The translations under genes were made by a program, and so were the position numbers. From NCBI RefSeq assembly GCF_009914755.1, contig NC_060933.1: 64,000 nt of DNA, one strand, 5' to 3'. Shown here in pieces: positions 32,181 through 47,625 of the stretch (position 1 is the first letter of the stretch; each line of letters begins with the position of its first letter). The notes beneath the pieces are model-generated. The model ran no database searches. It worked only from the letters and a program-made list of their open reading frames with translations, and was not told where the DNA came from. The DNA is from the human T2T-CHM13v2.0 reference genome, Homo sapiens.

Positions 32181-32583
32181 CCTACAGCTGCGGGGGAAGG
32201 TGGAGAAAATTTTCAGGGGGACAGCTGAGTGGTAGAGCTAGCGAGCTTCAGAGAAATGTTGACAGACAGATGCCCAGAAAGTGAGGATGCCGGGCATGGG
32301 CACTGCGTACCAGGCACAGGAGATATATGGAGGCAGGAAATTGGCACATCATAAGCATTTGACCATCCTGCCCTAAAACAAAACAAATTGAACAACAACA
32401 ACAACAAAAGATAATAGCAAAAGTGGCACAGTAGTGAGCTCGCAGGGCCCATTCCTATATAGAAACACAGAAAAATAAGCAAAAGCTGCCAGAATTGACT
32501 TCGTGGGAACTCTGGGAAACAGTAAGAAAGTTTTACAGCAACCAAGTGAGTGCTGAACCAAGGCAAAGGTAACTGAAACGCAA

Positions 32584-32900
32584 TGATAGAGAAGAGGGGC
32601 AGGGAAGTGTTGGGTAGACAAAGGCGGGTCCCTGGTAAGGGCCCTCCCCTGGGCCTGTGCCCACTGGACCTAGGTGAGGACAGGCACTCCTTCCTTCACG
32701 CCCAAATGTTGCATATCCCAAGACCACCCTGTCCCGCCACGCCCCCATCCTTTGCCTATGAAAACCCTGAGACCCTAGCAGGCAGACACACAAGCGGCTC
32801 TATGTCCAGAGGAACTCATCGGAGGAACTGGACGTGGAGCGGGGCACCCCAGCGGAAGGGAGCACGCCAGTGGAAGAGCACACTGACAGACCATAGGAGT
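32584..32900 (+). mobile_element. ERV1 LTR fragment (LTR1/MER52/MER61-like)
   Basis: TGATAGAG start and the ccaaatgttgca...cccaagaccaccctg...cccccatcct motif. Confidence 0.6.
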
Positions 32901-33029
32901 CAGTCTGTTATATTATCATAGTATAATATTATAAAATTATTATAATACAATAAAAATATAAAAATATAAATAATGTAATAAATATGGATAAAAATAATAA
33001 TTACATATTTATATTTATATGAGAACACT

Positions 33030-33475
33030 ATGAATAATTTTAAGCCAAAAAACAACTCGATGTTCATCACTGGATGAGTAGACGAGCAATTTCCAGTATA
33101 TTCATACAATGGAATATGATTCAGCCATAAAATGAAATGAGGTACTGATACATGCTGCAGCAGGAATGAACCCCCAAAACACTACACTTGGTGAAAGAAG
33201 CCAGACACGGAAGGTCACATATTGTATGATCCCATTTATAAGAAATATTCAGAATAGGTAAATCCATAGAGACAAAAGGAGTTTTGTAGTTGCCAGGAGT
33301 TGGAGGCAAGAAGAGTTTAACAGGTATGCTTAATGGGGCCTCCTATGCAGTTGACGAAAATGTTTTGGGCTAGATAGGAGTGATGGTTGCATAACATTGT
33401 ACTAAATGCCACTGAATTCTACTCTTTAAAATTTTTAGTTTTATGTTATGTGGCGTGTACCCTAAAAAAAAAAAT
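33030..33475 (+). mobile_element. Old L1M (L1MB/ME) 3' end
   Basis: caatggaatatgattcagccataaaa...aatgccactgaatt L1M 3'UTR motifs and an A tail. Confidence 0.75.
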
Positions 33476-34055
33476 AGAGGTGCAGTGCTCCAGCACGGGA
33501 TGAGGCAGCGTGGACAGGAGCATCTCCCAACCTCAGTGAAGTCTGAGCCGCGTGCCTGCAACAATCCCACTGTGGCAGAGAACCGCAGAGTTCCTTCCGG
33601 TTTGGCAGCAGTCATTCGCAACCTCACAGCCCTCTGGAACCCCAGCCTGGGGGTCTCAGAACGCCGAGGCGGGGACTGGGAGCCGAGTCGGATTCCGAGA
33701 CTATGGGCCAGGGTTGGCTGGATTCAGTTACCTGGCTGAGGCCTGGTGAGCAAAATATCCCAAACCTCGCGTGATCTGGAAGGGGAAGCCGGATAAATAC
33801 GGATCTCCAGATGTGCCAGTCTCGAGTCTATCGATATGAGGTCCCCCTAGAGTTTCTATTCATCATTTTAACCGCATTTCATCGATCTTGAGACACGGCT
33901 TTTGATATTTTATCACCTCAAGATAAATAGTGTTAGATGTCTAATAGCAGCGTTTTTCTAAGAGATACATGAAACAACAGTGTCAGAAACGATGCTGTCT
34001 TCCATGCGATGAAATTGTTGTAATAGGTGCTCAATAAATGTTGACAATAAATGAG
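33440..34055 (+). ncRNA. CDKN2A-DT: CDKN2A-DT (C9orf53) antisense transcript with a putative 79-aa ORF at 33500-33739
   Basis: ORF MRQRGQEHLPTSVKSEP...WIQLPG matches my recollection of the C9orf53 putative protein; plus-strand AATAAA at 34033 and 34046. Transcript ends approximate. Confidence 0.7.
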
Positions 34056-34528
34056 TGAATGAATGAAAATTATTTTATTTTTATTTGAGCTTTGGTTCTG
34101 CCATTTGCTAGCAGTGTGACTCAAGAGAAGCCAGTAACCCCCCTGAGCTTCCCTAGTTCACAAAATGCTTGTCATGAAGTCGACAGCTTCCGGAGGCTGC
34201 GAGGCTCGCAAGAAATGCCCACATGAATGTGCGCTTAGGGCGTGAGTGCTCACTCCAGAAAACTCCAACACAGTGAAAAGGCAGAAGCGGTGTTTTTCTT
34301 TTTTACATTTTTATAAGAATATATAAAAAATGATATAAATGGACATTTACGGTAGTGGGGGAAGGCATATATCTACGTTAAAAGGCAGGACATTTTTAAA
34401 AGCTCTATTTTCTAAATGAAAACTACGAAAGCGGGGTGGGTTGTGGCGGGGGCAGTTGTGGCCCTGTAGGACCTTCGGTGACTGATGATCTAAGTTTCCC
34501 GAGGTTTCTCAGAGCCTCTCTGGTTCTT
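34052..34528 (-). other. CDKN2A: CDKN2A 3'UTR (exon 3) with an AU-rich block at ~34295-34345
   Basis: Follows the p16 TGA; recognised sequence AAGAACCAGAGAGGCTCTGAGAAACC. Confidence 0.88.
34074..34085 (-). terminator. CDKN2A: CDKN2A polyA signals (two adjacent AATAAA); cleavage near 34052
   Basis: tttatt at 34074-34079 and 34080-34085, followed on the minus strand by U-rich sequence. Confidence 0.85.
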
Positions 34529-34542
34529 TCAATCGGGGATGT
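34529..34542 (-). CDS. CDKN2A: p16INK4a exon 3 coding part, (D)IPD*
   Basis: CAG acceptor at 34543-34545; ACATCCCCGATTGA; total 150+307+14 = 471 nt. Confidence 0.97.
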
Positions 34543-35024
34543 CTGCAGAGGGCAGAAAGAAAACAGGCGTTAGAAACCTGAGGTCAAAGATGTGTGGCAC
34601 ATCCCGCCCTCCTCTCTTGCCGTCCCTACCGGCATTGAAATACTTATGGATAAAGTTCTCGCAATGGCTTCACGTGCATGTACCCGCCGCCACCGCTCTC
34701 CCACACCTCCCTGGTCCAGCAGCTAGTCCACTGCCCGCCTGGCTGCTCCAGGCGCGCCGACCGCTCAAGCGCTCCAGGTCCACCCGGCGGAGGGCAGAGA
34801 AAGCGCGACCGCGCGGCCCGCAGGGTTGCAAGAAGAAAACGAGTGTTATATAATGAGTCTCAGTGGTTGCTCACAATGCCAGGCGCGAAGGCGTGAAGAT
34901 GTGGCCTTTCCCTTCCCGCATCCCCAGGCATCTTTTGCACCTGGTGCGGAGTGAGCCAGCCAGCTTGCGATAACCAAAGGGCGCCTCAGGCTCTGGCGCT
35001 CCTCGGCGGAATCCCGTAGCTTCC

Positions 35025-35071
35025 CTACGCATGCCTGCTTCTACAAACCCACAAATGGTTTCCGATCATTT
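35025..35071 (-). CDS. CDKN2A: Cryptic exon 2gamma (exon 34875-35071, 197 nt), p16gamma tail (E)MIGNHLWVCRSRHA*
   Basis: CAG acceptor at 35072-35074, TAG at 35025-35027, GTGAG donor at 34874; gives 167 aa. Confidence 0.85.
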
Positions 35072-35424
35072 CTGAAACAAAATGGATGCTCATTTATTCA
35101 TGTGCTCTGGCTTCTGCCTTCCTCTCTAATCTCGTTGCGTATGGGCTCCAGCTCGCCGTTCGGTTCTCCCGAGGCAGCATTTACACTTGAGAGTCTCAAG
35201 ATTATTTTATTCCTGAGGGAGCATTTGCACTTGAAAGTCTCTTTTTACGTTTATTCCTGAGGCAGCATTTGCACTTGAGTTTCTTTCTCCCGTAGCTTGC
35301 ATTAGATTCTCCGACCACTCTTTAGCTTCTCCTCCTATTCACACTTCATATTTACCCATTGCATTGGTTTTATAAACTCGCTCTCTGAAAATAGATTGTT
35401 ATCTTCCTTAACGTCTGTTTCCCA

Positions 35425-35906
<482 letters not shown>

Positions 35907-37193
35907 TTATTCATTTGCTTGTGGCCCAATTCAGTAGTTTTACTCCCTCTCCCACTTGGCTCCTCAGGCTTTTTGCTCAGCCCTGGAACCGCGCTGTAAT
36001 TGGCAGCTCCTTCTAAATCGGGACCCGGATGCTAGCTGTAACTGGAGCCGAAGTCTCCTTCTTCACCTCCCGGGACCTGGATGCTAGCTGTAACTGGAGG
36101 GAATTGGCGGGGGGGAGGGGAGGAGGGGCCGAGTAAAGAAGAACTTCGCGTCTTTAACTTCGAAGGTGATTTTGCGTTCTGTATTTACAGCATCTCCAAG
36201 CAGAGGGCTTAGAGCTAACTCTTCACCCTGTCCTCCCCAGCTCCCCTATGGCCCAAGGAGCCCAATGCCCCCGTTCTGGGCCAAAATAAGATGGATTTCA
36301 TAATCTTCAAGGTCATGTTTTACCTTAAATATTCGTGTTAATTCCCGTGTACTGTTTCATATATCTATTTTGTTTCAAAAAAAAATGTTCCTCCCCCCAG
36401 AAACAATTGAGTAATGTTGGCAGTTTCAGCAGACAGCTGTGGGAGTAGGGAACTGGGGCCATGGAATGGGGGCGGAGGGAGGATGCTTTGAGATCACAAA
36501 AAGGAAAGGCAAGGGCAAGGAGGACCATAATTCTACCTTCATCGCTCAGCGATCTCTTGCACAAGTTTAAGAGGGAAAGGAGCCAACTCCGGTGCACAGA
36601 CTGCCAGGGTCAGCGAAGTCTTGGTCCTGATGTCCCCAGAACCCCCTGGGGCAGCTCTGGAAAACTCTACCGCATAAAGCGGAGGGTCAGATTAGCTGAG
36701 GAGGGTCAGATTAGTTGAGTTGTGCAGAAGAGCCGAGATCGAGAGATCTCCAGATGATGCCACGCACAATTGGGTTTGGAAATCCTGAGGTTGGTCCAGC
36801 CAGCTTGGTATGCAAATGAGGAAACAGACCTGGTAAGTGGATGCAACTGGCCCTAGTTTGGAGGAAGAGGGGGCACTAGACCTCTAGCCTCTTGAGTCTT
36901 CATTGCTCCGCAGTCTAGGCCTTGAACTAGCAGAGGGTAGGTGTTTGGGTGGTGGTATGCTTTGGGAAGTATAATGTACAAAATGGGCTTTCACGTGCGC
37001 AAGTCCATTTCGGGATTATTTCCCATTTGCCGCCCTGGCGGGGCAGGGCGATAGGGAGACTCAGGCCGTCCCACCGATTGGCGCGTGAGCTGAGGCAAGA
37101 CCGGAGACTGGTCTCCCGGGCTGAACTTTCTGTGCTGGAAAATGAATGCTCTGAGCTTTGGAAGCTCTCAGGGTACAAATTCTCAGATCATCA

Positions 37194-37529
<336 letters not shown>

Positions 37530-37872
37530 TCAGAGCCAGGGTGGGGGCCGGCATGACGGAAAGGAAGCTTGTGTAGAGCCCCCTCACCGCCAAGCAGACC
37601 CCCACACAAGCCCCAGGTGTCTAATTACCCCTACATTTGCTTCCAGTTTCCAATTTCCTTCTTGAGTTCTCTATCCATTCTTCAGTACACAATGAATTCC
37701 ATTATATCCTCCGAACTTCTGCGGAGCTGTCGTCACAGGCAGAGAGCACTGTGAGGCACGGGCAAAATAGCAAAGGGGCAGGGACAGACTGACTTTTACT
37801 CCAGGCTAACTTCCTGTATTTCCCCTGAGATACAACTACTGAAATTTCTTCCTGAAATTATGTTAGGCCTGG

Positions 37873-37904
<32 letters not shown>

Positions 37905-38034
37905 GTTCACTGCTGTATATCCAAGCGCAGAATGTGGTAATTGTTAAAAAGAGAAAACTTGTTTGTTTGTTAAAACAAATTCTCACAAAACTTTTAAGTT
38001 ACACTTAGCTTCTGGGAATGTTGAACTTCAATTT

Positions 38035-38470
38035 CTTTTTCATTATATTAGTTTTAAAATTATATATTGGGATAGTACAGTTGTATATATTTATGTGGTA
38101 CAATATGAAGTTATGATCTTTGAACACAATGGGGAATTATTAAGTCAAGCTAAGTAACCTATCCATCATCTCAAATATTTGACATTTTTGTCAAATGAGA
38201 GCATTTGGGATTTACTATTTAGCTATATTCATCATGCTATGAAACACATCTCAAAAAAAACAATCAAACTTATTCCTCCCATCTTAACTGAGGCTTTATA
38301 TCTTGATTACCATCTCCCCATTCCTCCCACCCCCCAGCTCTAGTAACCACCATTCTACTCTTTACTGCTAAGAATGTAATTGTTTTATATTTCACAGATA
38401 AGTGAGAACATGTGATATTTGTCTTTCTGTGTTTGGCTTATTTCATTTAGCATAATGCTCTCCAATTCCA
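38035..38470 (-). mobile_element. L1MA 3' end fragment
   Basis: Reverse L1MA 3'UTR motifs (ataagtgagaacatgtgatatttgtctttctg). Confidence 0.75.
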
Positions 38471-38533
38471 AAACTTCAATTTCTTCAAGTATAAAATAAG
38501 AAGGCTAGTTTAATTAACCCTAAAATTCCTTCC

Positions 38534-38978
38534 TGTGGTAGGCTGAATAATGCCCCCCCACCCCCAATGTCTATGTCCTAATCCTCAAAAACTTTTAATA
38601 CATTAACTTATGTGGCAAAAGAGGCTTTGCAGATGTGATTTAATTAATGGTCTTGAGGGAGATTATCCAGAATTTTCAGGGTGGGCCCAACATAACCCCA
38701 AGTGTTTTTATTAGAGGGTCACAGTCAGAGAGAAGATACAAGAATGGAAGCACAGGCCACAGAGAAAATACAGAGACCATGAGCCAAGGAATTTGATGGT
38801 CACTAGAAGCTGGAAAAGACAAGGAAACAGATTGCCCCTTAGAGTTTCCAAAAGGAATGAAACCTTGTGGACCCATTTTTGACTTCTGATCTCTAGAACT
38901 GTAAAATAATAATTTTGTGTTTGTTTTAGCTAACACATTTGTGATAATTTGTAACAGCAGCAGTAGGAAACTAAAACA
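38534..38978 (+). mobile_element. MLT1 (D-like) LTR
   Basis: TGTGGTAGGCTGAATAATG...GCAGTAGGAAACTAAAACA. Confidence 0.8.
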
Positions 38979-40189
38979 CTTCCCAGGTTTATGATTTGAG
39001 AGTTCATTAAACAAGAGATGGTCACCTCTTTGGTTCCTAAATCATCTTGGAAACAAAGCCATTTCCAGAGAGGAATTTTAAAATACTGTCTGCAGTCATA
39101 GCAACCTTAAAATTTGAGTGCTGCATGGTGGAAGTAGACAATTTATTTTAGGATAACTGTTATTTGTTATATTAGTTTGAGGATGGTGGTGTTAAAGAGG
39201 AGTTACTTATTTTTAGGTACATTTCATACTAAACACAAATTGCATAATTTGCCTAAATCAAGGAATTATACTAAATTATATTATGGTTATTAAATCCTGT
39301 CCTGAGAAAGTGAAACTGACTCAGTTTTCAAAGAGACAAAGAGAAAGTATAAGCAAACCAAATTGCAGCTACAAAAAGAAAGACAAAATGTTGCAGTATA
39401 TTTATTGTTTTGTGTATTCAATGAAGTCCTTCGTCTTGGTCATAAAACTAGCCTTAAAGGTTTTTCTTATATTTCATAGTATGAAAAATCTAAAAAGTAA
39501 CCCATATGTAAATATTTAAATCATGATAGAAATCCAAAGCAAAAAGAAAATGAATCAATTGAATTAAAATGTGTAGGATGCTTAAACCCATTTGATAATA
39601 TATCCATTTGATAATATACTAATATGAATTTAGTACTTTAAAATGTTATATAAATAAATGTTCCTATATTAAACACCAATGTAGTTAGGATTCTAAGCCA
39701 ACATCATTTCCCCTTTTCTACATGTTCTTCTCCCTTCTCCATTAAAAATTGTCAAAACTATCCACTTTTCTTTTTCCTTTTTGTTTTTAAACAAATAAGG
39801 TCTCTTCTAAGATATTGTAGGACTACAAAGCCAAACTCCCGGGTTCAAGCTGTTGGCAAAATTTTAGAGATGCTAAGTTACCCATGTATTAATTACTTTT
39901 AAATCCTCCCCTAACTCCCTCACAAAACAGGAGTAGGGAGAGGAGAAACACCTCTGTTCAAAAATGAGGAATTGAAAACTCTTATCACAAATAAACTATA
40001 TCAAGTAAGCTAAAGATAGTAAAAGAGCAAAAATGTTAGCAGATATTCCCAAAATGGTAACTACATATTACCTCTGGAATGATCACATGAATGTGGCTCA
40101 TTATTTCCTAAGTTCCTACAGCAAACATATATTTATTTGCCCTACTCAGTTAAAAATAAACACAATATGTAGTTGCTTCTGAATAATTT

Positions 40190-40503
40190 TTCTCTCTCTC
40201 TTTCTCTCTTTCTTTCTTTCGACAAAGTCTCACTCTGTCACCCAGGCTGGAGTGAAGTGGCTCCATCTCGCTGTTCACTACAACCTCAGCCTCCCGGGTT
40301 CAAGCGATTCTCCTGCCTCAACCTCCCGAGTAGCTGGGATTACAGGCGCCTGCCACCACCCCCGGCTACTTTTTGTATTTTTAGTAGAGGCGAGGTTTCA
40401 CCTGTTGGCCAGGCTGGTCTCGAACTCCCGACCTCAGGTGATTCCCCCCGCCTTGATCTCCCAAAGTGAAGGGATTACAAGGCGTGAGGCACCGCGCCCG
40501 GCC
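40190..40503 (-). mobile_element. AluS in intron 1
   Basis: Reverse Alu; TSD gcttctgaataattt. Confidence 0.93.
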
Positions 40504-40788
40504 GCTTCTGAATAATTTCGATCAAAATTTATATTCGATATTTATTCCAACATACACCACAGATTTCCACTGATAATCCCTCCTAGTAAGAAAGATAAGC
40601 TCCATCCAGGTATCTGTGAATTGGAGGCTAAGTAGTCCCAGCACATCTTACATTTCTTTAAGACTCCCTTTTTATCCCAAACGTTCGTAAATTTTGTATC
40701 TGATAAAGAGCATACTTCCATCTAATACAAATATGTTCCCCCCTTCAGATCTTCTCAGCATTCGAGAGATCTGTACGCGCGTGGCTCC

Positions 40789-41688
<900 letters not shown>

Positions 41689-42409
41689 TTAATCATAAGA
41701 AAAAGCAAAACTATTCTTTCCTAGTTGTGAGAGCCCCACCGAGAATCGAAATCACCTGTACGACTAGAAAGTGTCCCCCTACCCCCTCAACCCTTGATTT
41801 TCAGGAGCGCGGGGTTCACTAAGTCAGAAACCCTAGTTCAAAGGATTCCTTTTGGAGAGTCGGACTGCTCTCTTCTTCCCCTCCCCTTCCCCTCCTGCGT
41901 GTAAAACGGCTGTCTGGGGCAAGGGTTTCTCAGACGTGTACATTGCCTGGTATAAGAGCAGACTCTGAAAAGATGAGGTTTATTTAATACGGACGGGGGA
42001 GAATTCTGCCTGTAGGCAGATAGGAAAATGGGGAGGGAGTCATTGGAAGGACGGACTCCATTCTCAAAGTCATAATTCCTAGACCAGAAAAAGTGCTCAG
42101 TGTTCTAGAAGCAGAGTTGCACAGTGATCCAAAGACCAGCTTCAAATACTGTCCTGTCTCCTTCACACTTCTCACATTTCTCTTTCCTACTGAAAATACC
42201 TTGCATTTTTCGTAATTATAAAGGGGGAAGGGAATATGAGTGCCCCCTGCTTTATAGGGGTTGTTGTGAGTTTAAATGATGTATTAATACATATAAGCCT
42301 TAAGAACAGTGCCACACATCCTAAGCTAATACCTGTTAGCTCTTGAATTATCCGCTTTGAGGACTGGCTTGCAATCTTGTTTTGAGGCATAGAAAGAAAA
42401 TGCTTTGGA

Positions 42410-43063
<654 letters not shown>

Positions 43064-43643
43064 ACCAAGAAGAACTTACTCCCTGAAAAGATTATGGGCA
43101 CCCTCCACCACCCTCACTTACAAAGAAAAGTTAAACAGCACTAAAGAGTATAACAAGCGCAAGGAGGTAAAAGTTCTAATTTTTCCTGTGACTACTACTT
43201 TTTAAGCTTATCAAAAACATGTACTACGTTTTAAAAAATGGATTGCTCAGACTTTGCTGATGCCTTAAGCACATGCTTAATCTGCCTACTGGATAATCCA
43301 GCTCTGTTTAAAAGTTATATTTCAATCCCTGGTTGACTTAAACCTTGTAGACCCAGTATATCTTGTACTTTTAGTGTCTGCTTGATTTTAAAACATGTAG
43401 TTTTTAAAATGAAGCCAATGAAAACAATTTGGGATGTCAAGTATGTTATTAAAATCTACAATGCATTACTGTACCATTTATATTTTCCTCGGGGTACCTC
43501 TCAATTAGCTGTGTAGCAATGATAGGGAAAATTCAAACTATCGATAAATAAAATTATTTTAGTTTAGTTTAAGATATTTTATGATGGAGGAGGAAGAAAG
43601 TGGTTGCCAGGATGGGAGGGAGGGAACACATTTCCATCACTAA

Positions 43644-43979
<336 letters not shown>

Positions 43980-44435
43980 TACAGTGGTTCTTAATGGGGG
44001 TGGGAGAGTGGGAAGAGTAGGCTCCTTCAAGAGTCTGTTGAAATAAATACCTTCTTCTCAAAAAAGAAAGTAGGTAATGATTTTTTTTAAAAAAGATGTG
44101 TTCACTTGCACATGTATTTCTAGATAAAACTTTCAGTGAATTCAGGGATTTCTCTGAAACTCTACCATGGATTCCTACATCAAGAACTCTTTCAGCTCTT
44201 GTGAAAAATATATATAGCTATTGGTGAAGAAGATGGGAGATGCAACCATATAAAAACAACATTTGGATGCATTATAAACAGGTGTAAAAGTTGACTGCTT
44301 TGGAAATACCAAGAACAAGTTTTAGATATGTATATCTCATATCTTGCAGTAGAGCTCTGGAAGGATTATGGCATCCTTGGGTGGGGCCATTTTGCTCTAG
44401 AAATTGAAGTCCATTATCCATTATAAATCTTATGT

Positions 44436-44600
44436 AGGGGGGAGGGGGGAGGGATAGCATTAGGAGATATACCTAATGCTAAATGATGAGTTGATGGGTG
44501 CAGCACACCAACATGGCACATGTATACATATGTAACAAACCTGCACATTGTGCACATGTACTCTAAAACTTAAAGTATAAATAATAATAAAATTAAAAAA
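44436..44600 (+). mobile_element. Short L1PA 3' end
   Basis: GGGATAGCATTAGGAGATATACCTAATG...ACTTAAAGTATAA; TSD aaat(c/a)ttatgta. Confidence 0.9.
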
Positions 44601-46992
44601 ATATTATGTAAATAATTAATAATAGTGGGAAAACTTTCCTAGTTTTTCTGTTAAAGAGCCCATTATACTCCCAGTTTACTCATACATATCGACCTGAGGT
44701 GCAAAATCCTAGAAGAATGAAAATATAAAGTCCTGGATCTCTGTGCTCCTTATGCCAGTCTCAGATTTCCTATGTGCAAAATGGGATTATAATATATTTC
44801 ATGTGGCCATAAAATATGATAATGTATGTCCAAAAGCTTTTAATGTAAAAATTTACTACATTTACTAAATTTACTAAAGTTTGTTGGTTATTGTTATTAT
44901 TATTCTCACACTTACTTTTCCTCTTTCCTGAGAATGCCATTCTTTTTTTAGATTTGCACTGCCTTTGCAGTTTTGAAAATTCTACACGTGAAATTTAAAC
45001 CTGTCTTAATTCTGATCAGTCTTATAACAAAAAAAGACTACCACCTGTTCATTCATTCAACAAGCTCAGAAACTAAGGGCAGACATGGGGTGGGGGCAGA
45101 GGGGAGTAGGTCAAACATAGTATCTCTACAGTCAGACTGCCAGGGTTCAAACCTCAACTGTTCCACTTATTGGTTCTTTAACTTTTATCAAAGTTACTCA
45201 ACATGTCTGGGCCTCTGTTTTCTCATTTGCATGATTAGGATAATAACTGTACTTGCCTCAAACAGTTGTTTAGGGATTAAATGAAGCATGTAATGCTCTT
45301 AGAAGAGCAAAATAAAGCACAGAATGATACAAGAAAATGAAAAGGTGACCAAACTCATTCTCATTTGTCTCTAGTAGGCAAAGGCTTCCGGATGCTGAGA
45401 GCTGATCCCAGTCTTGAAGAATGATGTGAGAGTTTAAAGATGGAAAAGAAGGAGAAAGATATTCTAGGCAGAGGTAAGAGGATGTGCAAAGGCATAGAAG
45501 TTTAGGAAAACTGAAAGTAATTCATTTAGACTTATTCCTGAAAACCAGCCTGTGAAGGACTCCTCAGAGAGCCAAAAGAAAAACTAGGATAATGGGATGG
45601 CAAGGAAGTGGGGACACTGCGTTGACTACTCTTTCATAGCTTGGTTGTGATAGTTCAAGGCCCTATGCCATGAAGTGAGGCAGATGGAAGGTGGAGGAGA
45701 CCTGAGCACACATATACCTGGAAGGGCAAGTGCCAAGTGAAGAGAAGGGAAAGTTAGAAAAGAATAAAAGAAAAGTTAAGTACACAGGCAAGATAGGATA
45801 TTTTTGAGGACTTGAGGTCCCTCAAAAATAATGAAGAAATAGAACTCAAAGTACAGCGGTGGTTATAGATTTTGTCACAAGAGATACATAGATTTGGGAG
45901 GGAGAAAAGGTCAGAACGGGGAGGAAGTTGAGGCACTTCCTTCTATGAATGAGGAGGTTAGCTTGTTTGCAGAGTGAAAATAAGATGGTCGGTTAGGAAG
46001 TTTGAGAATCGTAAAGGTTTGGAATACCTCTTATGAGTAGAGAGGATGGGTTGAGTAAGACTCAGACAGAGAAGCCTTTTGTTTTGTTCTTTAAAACCAG
46101 ACTGGAGAACCCAGCTGAGGGTGGAGATCATGACACAGTAGGGACACCTGATTACTTTCTTTAAACTAAAGAAAGCCCTGCAGTGGTGCTACTACTTCAG
46201 CAACCCTACAAATCAAAGACTAGTCATAATAGATGTGAATATTAATTCAACATATTACCATAAAGAGACAGAAAGATACTTGAGAAGGTAGTGTTCCAGA
46301 GTTGGGTTCTGGTTCTGATGCGGCATTGTAGGATTGGCAATATGCACGTATTTCATGGGATAAGCAAGATGATTTTGTTAGGAAAATAAAGGGAGTTGAG
46401 GCAATAGCTCTACACTGAGACCAAGTGACAGTTCTCATGTATCTAATGAACTATTTTTTGACTGCGAAATCTTTTGAGATTATTTCTAGATTCATTGTCC
46501 ATAATTTTCAAAATGGGCTCTCTCTTGTTCTATTGTTTACGCTTGAGGTGAGATAATACACACATATTTCTTTACCAGTTTCAATATTAACATTATTATT
46601 AAAGATAATTGTTTTAAATATAGCTTGGTGTTAAAAACAAAATATACATAGAATATCTCTGGGGAGATACAGGAAAAGCTGTTACCTGTGAGGTAAGGAA
46701 ATGAAGAACTGGGATGGGCATGTGACTTACTTTTCACATTCCATGATTTATATTGTTTGAATTTTGTACTATGTCCATGGCCTTTCTAATGAATTAAATA
46801 AACATAATAAAACTAGTAGACAAATAAGTTACTTTTATTAGAATCATCATTCATAACTTTAGTTGAAAAAGAGTAACTGAGTACCTAATATATGTCAGGC
46901 ACTCGGCTTAAAGTTGTCAATATTAATTAAGAAAGAAGGTTTCTTAGTCAAGAGCATGTATTGGTAACAACCATCAATATATTTGCTTCTCT

Positions 46993-47625
<633 letters not shown>

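Noticed and set aside
39587-39616. Short tandem duplications (also at 6401, 23510 and 23750)
   Set aside because: Ordinary 10-17 bp slippage events with no evident function.
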